Source of the DNA: an uncultured Gemmatimonadaceae bacterium
GTDB lineage: Bacteria; Gemmatimonadota; Gemmatimonadetes; Gemmatimonadales; Gemmatimonadaceae
Length of the DNA stretch: 64,000 nucleotides
NCBI GenBank assembly: GCA_963740355.1
Contig: CAVUDW010000002.1
Coordinates: 2,240,001 to 2,304,000, forward strand
Direction: 5' to 3'
The position numbers and the translations under genes were made by a program. A model generated the notes under the pieces. That model searched no databases. It worked only from the letters and a program-made list of their open reading frames with translations, and was not told the DNA's origin. Below, piece by piece: positions 37,672-47,824 of this stretch (within the stretch, counting starts at the first letter, position 1; each line of letters opens with the position of its first letter).

Positions 37672-39992
37672 CGGAGACTCCAGTTTCACCGCTCGCCGGG
37701 CTGAACCGCGCACAGTACGACGCAGTCATGCACACCCACGGCCCGCTGCTGGTGTTGGCGGGTGCCGGGTCGGGCAAGACGCGTGTCCTGACCACCCGAA
37801 TTGCACGCCTGATCGAAGCCGAGAACGTTCCGCCGCACCGGATCCTTGCGGTCACGTTCACCAACAAGGCGGCCGGCGAGATGCGCGATCGCATCGGGCG
37901 CCTGATCGGTGGGACGCCGCAGGGCATGTGGGTCGGCACCTTTCACGCCATTGGCGCGCGCTTGCTGCGGCGCGATGCGGAGCGTGTCGGTCGCACGTCA
38001 CAGTTCACGATCTACGACGAGGACGATGCTCTCGGCGTGATCAAGCGCCTGATGGAAGGCCAGCGGATCTCGCCAAAGGAGTGGGCACCGAAAGCCGTGC
38101 TGGGCCAGATCTCCGACGCCAAGAATGCCCTCGTGACGCCGGTGGAGTACGCACGGCTGGCGAAGGATCCGTTGTCGCAGGTCGTGGCCAAGATCTACCC
38201 GTTGTACGACGACACGTTGCGCGCGCAAAACGCCGTCGGCTTCGACGACCTGCTCACGCTGCCAGTGCAGCTGCTGCAGCAGAATCAGGACATCCTCGAC
38301 GGATACCGTCAGCGATTCTCGTTCATTCTCGTGGACGAGTATCAGGACACGAACAAGGCGCAGTACCAGCTGGTGTCGTTGCTGGCGGGCAGTGCCGGAA
38401 ACGTGATGGTCGTCGGTGACGACGACCAGTCGATCTACGGCTGGCGTGGCGCCGACATTCGAAACATCCTCGACTTCGAGCGCGAGTTTCCGTCGGCCAC
38501 CGTCGTGCGGCTGGAGGAGAATTATCGCTCGACGCCGGAAATCCTTGCGCTAGCCAATGCTGCCATCTCGCCCAACAAGGAACGGCGTGGCAAGACCTTG
38601 CGTGCGACACGGGCCGCTGGCGTGTTGCCGCGTCGCGTGCGCGCGCTCGACGAGCGCGACGAAGCGGAGTATGTCGCCGATGACATCGCGGATCGCCGCA
38701 GCCGGCGCACTGTCGACCTGAAGCAGGTCGCGATCCTCTATCGCACCAACGCGCAGAGTCGCGCGTTCGAGGATGCGATGCGGAAGCGCGGCTGGCCCTA
38801 TCGACTGATCGGCGCCGTCCGCTTCTACGATCGACGCGAAATTCGCGACCTGATGTCTTACCTGAAGCTGATCGCGAACCCCGCCGACGATGAGGCCTTC
38901 CGGCGCGCCATCAGCGTGCCGCGCCGCGGCCTCGGCGACACCACGATCGAATTGCTGGCAGCGGGCGCATCGGCACGACGGATCTCGCTTCTCGAGGCTG
39001 CCGGCACACCGGAGATGACCACCGAACTGCGAGCCGCCGCGCGTGCGGCGATGGCGGAGTTCGCATCGGTGATTGGCGGACTGCGCGCGATGGCCACGGA
39101 ATCTGCCGTCAACGAGGTGCTCGAAGCACTGATCGCGCGGATCGGCTACATCGACTTGCTGCGCGCGGAAGGGCAGGAAGGGCTTGATCGGATCGAGAAC
39201 GTGCGCGAACTCGTGAGTGGCGCGGCGGAAGCGCTGGCCGACGACGATGGTGAAGTTGGCCTCACCCCACTCGATCGCTTCCTGCAGAAGGCGATGCTGG
39301 TGGCGGGTGCTGATGCACTTGATCCGACAGCCGATGCCGTCACGATGATGACGTTGCACAACGCCAAGGGCCTCGAATATCCGGTCGTCTACCTCACGGG
39401 ACTGGAGGATGGACTCTTCCCACTCGCGCGTGCCTACGACGATCCCTCGATGCTCGAGGAAGAGCGCCGCCTCTTCTATGTGGGCATCACACGCGCTGAG
39501 TCGGTCCTGATCCTGTCGCACGCCGAAACGCGTCGCCGCAATGGTGAGACGATGATGGGCAGGCCGTCGAGCTTCCTCGAGGGCCTGCCGCAGGAACTGC
39601 TCGACGTCGCCACCACGCCGCGGGCGCGCAGTCAGGGGCGGAGCAGTTATGGTGTCGGTGGCGACGACGGGAACGCCTGGGGCCGCAGTGGCTCGACGCA
39701 GGGCCGGTGGGCGCCTCGGCCATCGACGCCCGCACCGATCAGTGACTCGGCATTCGGCGGCATCACGCGTAGTTACTCAGCCAAGCCGACGGCGTTCGAC
39801 GACAGCGCGGCGGAGGCAGTGCAGGTGCTTCCCGGAGCGCGCGTGCGGCATCGGAAATTTGGAGTTGGCACGGTGGCGGAAGTCACCGGTGCCGGACGTG
39901 ACATGAAGGTGCGCATCGATTTCGACGATGAGGAAATCGGGCGCAAGACGTTGGTGGTCGCACAGGCGAATCTCGAACCGGAGCACGAGTAG
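37668..39992 (+). CDS. pcrA: ATP-dependent DNA helicase PcrA/UvrD
   Basis: 'AGAGSGKT', 'TFTNKAA', 'DEYQD', 'QSIYGWRGA', 'EEERRLFYVGITRA', C-terminal 'HRKFGVG' domain. Confidence 0.96.
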   Translation: MTETPVSPLAGLNRAQYDAVMHTHGPLLVLAGAGSGKTRVLTTRIARLIEAENVPPHRILAVTFTNKAAGEMRDRIGRLIGGTPQGMWVGTFHAIGARLLRRDAERVGRTSQFTIYDEDDALGVIKRLMEGQRISPKEWAPKAVLGQISDAKNALVTPVEYARLAKDPLSQVVAKIYPLYDDTLRAQNAVGFDDLLTLPVQLLQQNQDILDGYRQRFSFILVDEYQDTNKAQYQLVSLLAGSAGNVMVVGDDDQSIYGWRGADIRNILDFEREFPSATVVRLEENYRSTPEILALANAAISPNKERRGKTLRATRAAGVLPRRVRALDERDEAEYVADDIADRRSRRTVDLKQVAILYRTNAQSRAFEDAMRKRGWPYRLIGAVRFYDRREIRDLMSYLKLIANPADDEAFRRAISVPRRGLGDTTIELLAAGASARRISLLEAAGTPEMTTELRAAARAAMAEFASVIGGLRAMATESAVNEVLEALIARIGYIDLLRAEGQEGLDRIENVRELVSGAAEALADDDGEVGLTPLDRFLQKAMLVAGADALDPTADAVTMMTLHNAKGLEYPVVYLTGLEDGLFPLARAYDDPSMLEEERRLFYVGITRAESVLILSHAETRRRNGETMMGRPSSFLEGLPQELLDVATTPRARSQGRSSYGVGGDDGNAWGRSGSTQGRWAPRPSTPAPISDSAFGGITRSYSAKPTAFDDSAAEAVQVLPGARVRHRKFGVGTVAEVTGAGRDMKVRIDFDDEEIGRKTLVVAQANLEPEHE

Positions 39993-40304
39993 ATGGCCGT
40001 TTCAAACGCAGATGTCCTGCACGTTGCCGCGCTCGCGCGGCTGGCGATGCCCGATGAACGCGTGCCCGCGCTCGTCCGAGAACTGAACGGCATCCTCGAA
40101 CACATGGCCGTGCTCGAGTCGGTCGATGTGTCCACGGTCGGCGATGACGGGCGCGCGGCGATGCCTCGTCGCGATGATCGCGTGGCACCGATCGCGCTCG
40201 AACGTCCACTCTCGGAGTTCGCACCCATGCCGCGTGATGGCTTCCTGCTCGTGCCGCGGCTCAGCACACACAGCCAGCTCGGCGCATCCGAGGGCGACGA
40301 ATGA
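39993..40304 (+). CDS. gatC: Asp/Glu-tRNA amidotransferase subunit C
   Basis: '[10 protein letters not shown]', 'RDD', 'FLLVPR'; precedes gatA. Confidence 0.93.
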   Translation: MAVSNADVLHVAALARLAMPDERVPALVRELNGILEHMAVLESVDVSTVGDDGRAAMPRRDDRVAPIALERPLSEFAPMPRDGFLLVPRLSTHSQLGASEGDE

Positions 40305-41728
40305 CGCCTTCGGCACTGCTCGACCTGAGCGCCGCAGAAACGGCGCGTGCCGTGGCAGACGGCGCGTCGGGTGCTGATGTCGCCTCGGCAGCGCTCGCAC
40401 GAGCCAATGGCAATGCCAGCCTCAATGCCTTCGTCACCCTCGCCTCGGATGCTGACGTCCGGGCGGCCGCGGCCTCTGCGCCGGCGGGTGCGTTGCAGGG
40501 AGTACCAGTCGTGGTGAAGGACAACATTGCGACGACGACGCTCAGCACGAGCTGCGGCTCGAAGATTCTCGCAGGATGGGTCAGCCCGTACGAGGCGACC
40601 GCAGTTGCGAAGCTGCGCGCCGCGGGCGCCGTGGTGATCGGCAAGGCGAACATGGACGAGTTCGCGATGGGTTCGTCCACGGAGAATTCTGCCTTCGGTC
40701 CGACGCTCAATCCGCTCGATCATTCACGTGTGCCCGGCGGATCCAGCGGTGGATCGGCGGCCGCTGTGGCAGCGGGGATTTCGCGCATCTCGTACGGCTC
40801 CGAGACGGGTGGCTCGGTGCGCCAGCCCGCAGCGTTCTGCGGCATCGTTGGCGTCAAGCCGACCTACGGGCGTGTCAGTCGCTTCGGATTGGTGGCATTT
40901 GCGTCATCACTCGACCACATCGGCGTCTTTGGCCGCTCGGTGGATGACGCGGCACTCGGTCTGCAGGTCATCGCAGGACACGATCCGCGCGATGCAACCG
41001 CGGTCGATACCCCGGTCGACGACTATCGCGCCGAGGCAGCCAAGCCGCTGGCGGGCTTGGTCGTTGGTGTGCCGACGGAATATTTCCCCGTCACGCTCGA
41101 CGAACGCATTCGCGCTCGCTGCCATCGCGCGATCGGGATCTTGCGCGACCTCGGCGCCGAAATCCGCACCGTGTCACTGCCGCATACCGACCTTGCGATT
41201 CCGGTCTACTACATCCTCGCGCCGGCCGAAGCGTCGTCCAACCTGGCGCGCTTCGATGGGGTGCGATACGGCCCGCGTGCAGCATCCGATGACCTGCGCG
41301 GAATGTACGAGCGCACGCGCTCGGAGGGCTTCGGTCCCGAAGTGACACGGCGCATCATCCTCGGCACCTATGTGCTGTCGCAGGGGCATTACGATGCGTA
41401 TTACCGAAAGGCGATGCTCGTTCGCGAGAAGATCACCGAGGATTTCGCGAAGGTCTTCGCGAGCGGCGTGCACGTCCTGTTCACACCCACCGCACCGTCG
41501 CCTGCCTTCACCTTCGGCTCCAAGAGCGATCCCCTCGAGATGTACCTGAGCGACATCTTCACGGCGACGGCAAACCTGGCTGGTGTGCCAGCGATGTCAC
41601 AGCCGATCGGACTGGTGGACGGTATGCCGGTTGGCGGGCAACTCCTGGCTGCACATTTCCGCGAGGCAGACATGTTCCGCGCTGCTTACGCGCTCGAGAA
41701 GGCCCTTGGGTCGGAGGCGCTCGCATGA
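40301..41728 (+). CDS. gatA: Glutamyl-tRNA amidotransferase subunit A
   Basis: '[12 protein letters not shown]', '[12 protein letters not shown]', '[10 protein letters not shown]'. Confidence 0.97.
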   Translation: MTPSALLDLSAAETARAVADGASGADVASAALARANGNASLNAFVTLASDADVRAAAASAPAGALQGVPVVVKDNIATTTLSTSCGSKILAGWVSPYEATAVAKLRAAGAVVIGKANMDEFAMGSSTENSAFGPTLNPLDHSRVPGGSSGGSAAAVAAGISRISYGSETGGSVRQPAAFCGIVGVKPTYGRVSRFGLVAFASSLDHIGVFGRSVDDAALGLQVIAGHDPRDATAVDTPVDDYRAEAAKPLAGLVVGVPTEYFPVTLDERIRARCHRAIGILRDLGAEIRTVSLPHTDLAIPVYYILAPAEASSNLARFDGVRYGPRAASDDLRGMYERTRSEGFGPEVTRRIILGTYVLSQGHYDAYYRKAMLVREKITEDFAKVFASGVHVLFTPTAPSPAFTFGSKSDPLEMYLSDIFTATANLAGVPAMSQPIGLVDGMPVGGQLLAAHFREADMFRAAYALEKALGSEALA

Positions 41729-43188
41729 GTACCGCTATGGCAGCAGATGTGACCACTGGATTCGAGATGGTGGTTGGCCTCGAAGTCCATGTGCAGTTGA
41801 AGACCGCCAGCAAGGCGTTCTGCGGCTGTTCCACGAACTTTGGTGCGCCCCCCAACCAGAATACCTGCCCGGTGTGCCTGGCGTTGCCAGGCGCCTTGCC
41901 GGTGCTCAATGCGCGTGCCGTTGAACTCGCGTTGCGCGTGGCGCTCGGCTTCGGCTTCACGGTCAATCGCTCGTCGATCTTCGCACGCAAGAATTACTTC
42001 TATCCAGACCTGCCGAAAGGGTATCAGATCTCGCAGCACGATCGGCCGATTGCCGAACACGGCTCGCTCGACATCGGGCTCGTCGTCGATGGCAAGCCAC
42101 GCGTGATCGGTATCACCCGCGCTCACATGGAAGAGGATGCGGGCAAGTCGATTCACGATCGGTATGAAAGTGCCACCGCCGTGGATCTCAATCGCAGTGG
42201 TGTGCCCCTGGTCGAGATCGTGAGCGAGCCGGACATGCGATCCCCCGAGGAGGCTGGCGCATACCTGCGAACGCTGAAGCAGATCCTGCTCTATCTCGAT
42301 GTCAGCGACTGCAACATGGAGGAGGGAAGCCTTCGCGTCGACGCCAACGTCAGCGCGCGGCCATTCGGGCAGCAGAAGCTTGGCACCAAGTGCGAAGTCA
42401 AGAATATGAACTCCTTCTCCGGGGTCGAGAAGGCGCTGGCGGCAGAGTTCCGGCGCCAGTGTGGTGTGTTGGCCTCCGGCGGCACGGTGCAGCAACAGAC
42501 GTTGCTCTGGGATGGGCACAAGAACGAGATCCGTCCCGCGCGCAGCAAGGAAGGGTCGAGCGACTACCGATATTTCCCCGAGCCGGATCTGCCGCCGCTG
42601 ATCGTGACTGATGCGGAACTGGCGCGTGTCACCGATTCCTTGCCGGAGTTGCCGGTTGCGCGCCGCGCGCGGTATGCGGCCATGAAGCTCTCGGAGTACG
42701 ACGTTCAGGAGCTGACGGCCGATCCACTGACGGGACCGTATTTCGAGGCGGTTCTGGCACGGCACAGCGATGCCAAGGCTGTGGCGAACTGGGTGAACGG
42801 CGAAGTACGCGCCACGCTCAACGAATCCGGTGGAACGTGGGATGCTGCGCCACTCGCTCCCGATCGCCTTGCCGCGCTGCTCGATCTGGTGCGCGACGGT
42901 GTGGTCAGCAGCAGTGCTGCAAAGAAGATCTTCGCACAACTGCTGACGTCGGCCGAGGCACCACGCGCCATCGCCGAACGCGAAGGACTGGTCCAGGTGC
43001 GCGACGACAATGCACTGGCGGGTTGGGTCGATGAAGTGCTCGCGGAAAACCCTGCCGAAGCCGCACGTTTTGCAGCCGGCGAGAAGAAGCTACAAGGCCT
43101 GCTCGTCGGCCTCGTGATGAAGAAATCACAGGGTCGCGCCGATCCGAAGCTCGTCAATCAGTTGCTGTCGTCGCGCGCGGCCGGGTAG
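41725..43188 (+). CDS. gatB: Asp/Glu-tRNA amidotransferase subunit B
   Basis: 'GLEVHVQL', '[17 protein letters not shown]', '[10 protein letters not shown]'. Confidence 0.98.
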   Translation: MSTAMAADVTTGFEMVVGLEVHVQLKTASKAFCGCSTNFGAPPNQNTCPVCLALPGALPVLNARAVELALRVALGFGFTVNRSSIFARKNYFYPDLPKGYQISQHDRPIAEHGSLDIGLVVDGKPRVIGITRAHMEEDAGKSIHDRYESATAVDLNRSGVPLVEIVSEPDMRSPEEAGAYLRTLKQILLYLDVSDCNMEEGSLRVDANVSARPFGQQKLGTKCEVKNMNSFSGVEKALAAEFRRQCGVLASGGTVQQQTLLWDGHKNEIRPARSKEGSSDYRYFPEPDLPPLIVTDAELARVTDSLPELPVARRARYAAMKLSEYDVQELTADPLTGPYFEAVLARHSDAKAVANWVNGEVRATLNESGGTWDAAPLAPDRLAALLDLVRDGVVSSSAAKKIFAQLLTSAEAPRAIAEREGLVQVRDDNALAGWVDEVLAENPAEAARFAAGEKKLQGLLVGLVMKKSQGRADPKLVNQLLSSRAAG

Positions 43189-44096
43189 AGCGGGATTTCG
43201 AGCGTCTCTGCGTGGCGGAGCGGAGAGCTCGGGAGGCCGAAGTGACGCTCGGCCTCCTCGCGCACGAATGGATCGCCGCCGCGTCGTAGTGATACCCGAC
43301 GCAGGCGCTTGGCGAGGCGCAGCGCTTCGTCGCCGCTCGGATCGAACTGATACGACTCCGAGCGGTCGAGGCGCTCCAGCAGATCCATGACATAGTCGAA
43401 CGAGCGCACGAGATGTGTCTCGACCTCCGGCCGTGACAGCCCCCACCGGCTGTTGTCCGCCATGATGCGGTAGATCCGCTGCCAGCTTTCACTATCCGTC
43501 ACATGCACCATCCCGCGAAAGAGTCGCCGGTTGGTGCTGGTGCTGAAGATCGTCGGGCTCAGGATGTCGTCGAGGTGCGAGTCGGCGCGTGAGTGGTCGA
43601 GCAGGATCACGTCACGCGCGCGCCGTGCCGCTGCGTCACCGAGATGCGTCTCGAATCGACTTTCCCAATAGCTGTGACCGAGCGCGGACGTGCTGCTGGT
43701 GACCGTCAGTTGGCGCGGCACGAAGAAATTGTGCGCCACCACGTCGGCGGCCAGGTGCGACAGGTACCCGAGCGCGAATGCGCGCAACGATTCATCGCCG
43801 GCGCGCTCATAGATCTCGAATCCCACAGCCCACGAATGGCAGTGCCGACCAGTTGGCGCGTATTTCTTCGCCATCGAGGTGTCGGCCGCGATGCTGCCGT
43901 ACAGGAAATCCTGGGGAAACGTGCGCAGCAGGGCGGAGGTCGCAGCGGGCAGCAACGTCAGCGAGCGTAACACGGCTTCGCCGATGTGGATGTGCGTGCC
44001 CGGTGTCCAGGCGAAGAGATCAGTTGGAGTGAGGGCGATCCACAGCAGCGCCAAAACCACCGGCGCAAGCCAGCGGGCCGCGGGGCGTGCGCTCAC
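43158..44096 (-). CDS. Secreted Zn-dependent phospholipase C / P1-nuclease-fold protein
   Basis: Signal peptide ending LFA|W, then 'WTPGTH', 'GSIAAD', 'HCH', 'GYLSHLAADVVAH', 'HSYWE'. Confidence 0.87.
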   Translation of the reverse strand: MSARPAARWLAPVVLALLWIALTPTDLFAWTPGTHIHIGEAVLRSLTLLPAATSALLRTFPQDFLYGSIAADTSMAKKYAPTGRHCHSWAVGFEIYERAGDESLRAFALGYLSHLAADVVAHNFFVPRQLTVTSSTSALGHSYWESRFETHLGDAAARRARDVILLDHSRADSHLDDILSPTIFSTSTNRRLFRGMVHVTDSESWQRIYRIMADNSRWGLSRPEVETHLVRSFDYVMDLLERLDRSESYQFDPSGDEALRLAKRLRRVSLRRGGDPFVREEAERHFGLPSSPLRHAETLEIPLYPAARDDSN

Positions 44097-45088
44097 GAAT
44101 GCCGTCGCTGGCGGATTCGTGGACCACCGTGACGCGGCGCCGACGGCTCGGCGGCCTCGTCATCCGCGTCCTCTTCCTCGTCGATGCGATCGTCGTCGTC
44201 TTCGTCGTCATCCTCGTCTAGTTCGTCGTCATCATCTTCATCGTCATCGAGCTCGTCGTCCTCGTCATCATCATCATCATCATCATCATCTTCGAGCTCG
44301 TCCTCCACACTGTCGTCAAGCTCGTCCTCGTCATCATCGTCGTCATCATCGTCCTCGTCATCCCAGTCGATGTCGCCCTCGTCGGCGTCCAACGCGACCG
44401 GGCCAGCCGCCGCACGACGCGGAGCCACGACGATCTCGTCGGCGTCCTCCTCCTCGACGTCATCATCCATGTCGGCCAGCGCCGCCTCGAGTACTGCGAG
44501 TCGTCGACGCACATCCGCCTCGTCCAGTGCGTCGGTGTCGTCGGCGTGCCGAGCGACATGCCTGGTGGCTCGGCGACCGTTCGTCTTGCCCTTTCTCGAG
44601 AACAAGCTCCGCACCAACGAACCCGTGCCCGTGCGTACACCGCGCACGATTCCCGTGGCCGATGCGATGGTCGCTTGCGCTTCGTCCTGCACCGCATCGA
44701 GCAGCGTACCGAATTGCGAGAGCCGCGCCTCGCCGGCGTCGATGGCGTCGCGCACTGCATCGTCCACGACTTCAATCGTGCCACGCAGCTTCTTCAGGTC
44801 TGCGCGCGCCTCGACGGTGACTTCGGACAGCTGCGTCGCGATCTGGTTGAGATTGCGGGCCAACGGAATCAACTCCTCGGCCAGCCCCTGCATCTTTCCA
44901 CCCAGTCGACTCTCGACACCCTTGACCGCCCGCGCCATACCAAGCAGGGCCGCAGCAATGCCGCAGAGCAGCAGTGTCACGACGATGCTCAGGACCCCCG
45001 TCGCCACACTGTACCAGGGGGCGGGGACATCGACCGGACGCACGAGCAGTGTGTCCGCGACAAGCGCGAGAACGGGGATTGTCATCAT
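44093..45088 (-). CDS. Single-TM coiled-coil protein (DUF948/YoxC-like) with long poly-Asp/Glu C-terminal tract
   Basis: TM 'VATGVLSIVVTLLLCGIAAALLG', amphipathic helices, about 70-aa D/E tract; its stop overlaps the next gene's GTG start. Confidence 0.8.
   Translation of the reverse strand: MMTIPVLALVADTLLVRPVDVPAPWYSVATGVLSIVVTLLLCGIAAALLGMARAVKGVESRLGGKMQGLAEELIPLARNLNQIATQLSEVTVEARADLKKLRGTIEVVDDAVRDAIDAGEARLSQFGTLLDAVQDEAQATIASATGIVRGVRTGTGSLVRSLFSRKGKTNGRRATRHVARHADDTDALDEADVRRRLAVLEAALADMDDDVEEEDADEIVVAPRRAAAGPVALDADEGDIDWDDEDDDDDDDDEDELDDSVEDELEDDDDDDDDDEDDELDDDEDDDDELDEDDDEDDDDRIDEEEDADDEAAEPSAPRHGGPRIRQRRHS
44160..44362 (-). repeat. GAN trinucleotide low-complexity tract encoding poly-D/E, including (GAT)8
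   Basis: TCG/TCA/TCC runs on +; pure (ATC)8 at 44267-44290. Confidence 0.9.
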
Positions 45089-45130
45089 GCTCAAAGTTAC
45101 CCCCAGCATCGACGCAGAGCACCCCTGCGC

Positions 45131-45159
45131 TTGACCTGCCGCCATGAGTCCGGCAGCTT
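45131..45159 (+). promoter_or_regulatory. Putative murA promoter
   Basis: TTGACC-17 bp-CAGCTT. Confidence 0.55.
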
Positions 45160-45195
45160 CACGCGCTTATCGACTGACCCAACGGGAGCGTATGC

Positions 45196-46482
45196 ATGGC
45201 CGCACTGCGGTATGTAGTGGAAGGCGGACGAGAGCTGTCAGGCACAATCCGACCTGCTGGCAACAAGAACGCAGCTTTGCCGATCGTGGCAGCCGCGCTG
45301 CTCACTCCAGATGAAGTCACGCTGGAGAATGTGCCTCGGATTCGCGACATCGAGACGCTTGTCCTGCTGCTCCGCTCGGTGGGCGCCGAGGCGGAATGGA
45401 CGGGTCCGAATACGCTGCGGATTCAGGCGAAGGACATCCATCCGGCCACCCTCGATCCCGTACTCTGTGAAAAGATCCGGGCATCGATTCTGCTTGCCGG
45501 CCCGCTGCTCGCACGCTGTGGCAGTGTCACCTTGCCGCCCCCCGGCGGTGATGTCATTGGCCGTCGTCGACTCGACACACATTTCTTCGCCTTCGAACAG
45601 CTCGGCGCCACCTTCACGGCCGGCGAACAGTTCGTCCTGACGGCGAAGGAATTGCGCGGACGCGACATCTTCCTCGATGAACCCAGCGTCACTGGGACCG
45701 AGAACGCGATGTGTGCGGCGGCGTTGGCGAAGGGCACCACGATCTTCCGCAATGCCGCGAGTGAGCCGCATGTCCAGGATCTGGCGCACTTCCTCGTCGG
45801 CATGGGTGCGCAGATCGAGGGCATCGGCACCAACACGCTCACCGTCCACGGCGTGCAGCGACTGCATGGGTGTACGCATCGGATCGGACCGGATCACATC
45901 GAGGTTGGCAGCTTCATCGGGCTCGCCGCAGTCACGCGGTCGGAGTTGCGGATCGCGGATGCCGGTGTGGAGCATCTGCGCTCGATGCTGATGGGATTCG
46001 AGCGGTTGGGCATTTCGTGCGTGATCGACGGCAAGGATCTCATCGTGCCGAAGGAGCAGTCCCGCCGCATTCGTGACGACCTCGGCGGACATGTGCCCAA
46101 GCTCGAGGATCAGCCGTGGCCCGCCTTTCCTGCCGACGTGATGTCGATTGCGATCGTCACGGCGACGCAGTGTGAGGGCTTGATCCTGATGCATGAGAAG
46201 ATGTTCGAATCACGCATGTTCTTCGTCGACAAGCTGATCTCGATGGGCGCACGCATCGTCCTCTGCGATCCGCATCGGGCCCTGGTCTCGGGCCCGTCGC
46301 AGCTTCGCGCCGGCAACGTGGAAAGTCCGGACATCCGCGCCGGCATGGCGATGCTGCTGGCCGCCCTCTGCGCGACCGGTACCAGCACCATCATGAATGT
46401 GGGGCAGATCGAACGCGGCTACGAACGCATCGACGAGCGCCTCAATGCACTCGGCGCGAACATCACGCGCATCGAGGATTGA
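45196..46482 (+). CDS. murA: UDP-N-acetylglucosamine 1-carboxyvinyltransferase (Asp-type active site)
   Basis: 'GNKNAALP', 'RASILLAGPLL', 'PGGDVIGRR', 'PDHIE', 'DIRAG', 'IERGYE'. Confidence 0.97.
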   Translation: MAALRYVVEGGRELSGTIRPAGNKNAALPIVAAALLTPDEVTLENVPRIRDIETLVLLLRSVGAEAEWTGPNTLRIQAKDIHPATLDPVLCEKIRASILLAGPLLARCGSVTLPPPGGDVIGRRRLDTHFFAFEQLGATFTAGEQFVLTAKELRGRDIFLDEPSVTGTENAMCAAALAKGTTIFRNAASEPHVQDLAHFLVGMGAQIEGIGTNTLTVHGVQRLHGCTHRIGPDHIEVGSFIGLAAVTRSELRIADAGVEHLRSMLMGFERLGISCVIDGKDLIVPKEQSRRIRDDLGGHVPKLEDQPWPAFPADVMSIAIVTATQCEGLILMHEKMFESRMFFVDKLISMGARIVLCDPHRALVSGPSQLRAGNVESPDIRAGMAMLLAALCATGTSTIMNVGQIERGYERIDERLNALGANITRIED

Positions 46483-47192
46483 CGCTCCCGGCACACCTCG
46501 GCATCCCCGATTTCGATGAGTGGGGATTCTGCGCCTTCACCACCTCGCGTGCGGCCGGAACGTTCGGGTCGCACGCGACGGAGCCGGCCGTCGAGGTGCT
46601 GGGACGCTGGAATGGCCTGGTCGCCGGTGCTGCCGCGCTCGGCGCGTCGCGTTTTGCCAGCGGTATCCAGGTGCACGGTCCCGAGTTTGCCGTCCACACC
46701 GCTGGCTGGCGTGGGTGGCTGCGAACGGCGGATGTGGATGGACACGCGTGGCTGACGTCGGGCACGGCAGCGGCCGTCACGGTCGCCGATTGTGTGCCGG
46801 TGTTCATTGCCCATCCGTCGGGTGCCGGGGCAGTGCTGCACTCCGGCTGGCGAGGCACAGTGGCGGGGATCACCGAGCGCGCCGTCCGCTGGTTTGGCCA
46901 GGCCGGCTTTGGGGCGGGGAGCCTTCGGATACATCTCGGCCCCTCCATTTGTGGCAGCTGCTACGAGGTCAGTCCAGATGTCTTCGCGGCGCTGACGGGC
47001 TCGACCGTGGAACGGCCGACCCCGGTCGATTTGCGGCGGAGCATTGCCGACCGAGCGCGCGCGCTCGGCGTGCGGGACGTGGCCATCAGCGAGTGGTGCA
47101 CCCGCTGCTCGAATGACCAGCTCTTCTCCCACCGCGCCGGCGACGCTGGCAGGCAGCTGGGCGTCCTGATCTCACCTGAAAGGCGCAAGTGA
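46479..47192 (+). CDS. pgeF: YfiH/PgeF family protein (purine nucleoside phosphorylase / peptidoglycan editing factor)
   Basis: 'QVHG', 'ADCVP', 'HSGWRG', 'GPSICGSCYEV', 'FSHR'. Confidence 0.9.
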   Translation: MTLPAHLGIPDFDEWGFCAFTTSRAAGTFGSHATEPAVEVLGRWNGLVAGAAALGASRFASGIQVHGPEFAVHTAGWRGWLRTADVDGHAWLTSGTAAAVTVADCVPVFIAHPSGAGAVLHSGWRGTVAGITERAVRWFGQAGFGAGSLRIHLGPSICGSCYEVSPDVFAALTGSTVERPTPVDLRRSIADRARALGVRDVAISEWCTRCSNDQLFSHRAGDAGRQLGVLISPERRK

Positions 47193-47207
47193 CTGTCCGA
47201 CAGGCGC

Positions 47208-47236
47208 TTGAACGCACCTGCCCACCGGGTTATGAT
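47208..47236 (+). promoter_or_regulatory. rimP-nusA-infB operon promoter
   Basis: TTGAAC-17 bp-TATGAT. Confidence 0.8.
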
Positions 47237-47263
47237 CACAGAAGCAATTCGGTACTACACTGC

Positions 47264-47296
47264 AAAGTGTGGGGGCCTCCCCGCACTTTTTTGTTT
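47264..47296 (+). promoter_or_regulatory. rimP leader: terminator/attenuator hairpin in the 5' UTR
   Basis: AAAGTGTGGGG-GCCT-CCCCGCACTTT followed by TTTGTTT, between the promoter and rimP. Confidence 0.8.
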
Positions 47297-47326
47297 CTGT
47301 AAGATCGCGTTTGAGAGGTCGGGAAC

Positions 47327-47806
47327 GTGGCGGCACCCATCGCAGCAGCTGTGCAGCAGGTGGTCGATTCGGCAGTGACGCAGGCAGGCTTCGAGCTGTT
47401 CTCGCTCACTGGCGGCGGCACCCGGAACCGGCCGTTGCTGGAAGTGCGGATCGATCGCCCGGATGGTGCAAAAGTCACGATCGACGATTGCGCTGTCGTG
47501 TCGCGCGCGATCGAGGCGGTGCTCGATGGCAGTGGGCTCGTCGCTGAAACGTACAGGTTGGAAGTGTCGTCGCCGGGCATGGATCGCCCGCTACGTCACG
47601 CTGCCGATTGGCGGCGCTTCGCGGGACGGCGGGTTGCCGTCACGAGCGGTGCGCTGGTCGGGAGCAGGGTCGAGGGCACGCTGCTCGGAATCGACGAGAA
47701 CGCCGACGTCGAGACGGGTGTCGTGCAGGATGATCAGGGCACAGAACATCGGGTGGCACTCGCCGACGTGAAAACCGCGCGGCTGGTTGTCACCTGGAAT
47801 CGATAG
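47327..47806 (+). CDS. rimP: Ribosome maturation factor RimP
   Basis: 'VTIDDCAVVSR', 'YRLEVSSPGMDRPL'. Confidence 0.95.
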   Translation: MAAPIAAAVQQVVDSAVTQAGFELFSLTGGGTRNRPLLEVRIDRPDGAKVTIDDCAVVSRAIEAVLDGSGLVAETYRLEVSSPGMDRPLRHAADWRRFAGRRVAVTSGALVGSRVEGTLLGIDENADVETGVVQDDQGTEHRVALADVKTARLVVTWNR

Positions 47807-47824
47807 AAGGTCGAGGCGATCGCG

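Noticed and set aside
44184..45134. Poly-Ser ORF on the + strand
   Set aside because: It is the antisense shadow of the GAN poly-D/E codons of the real minus-strand gene.
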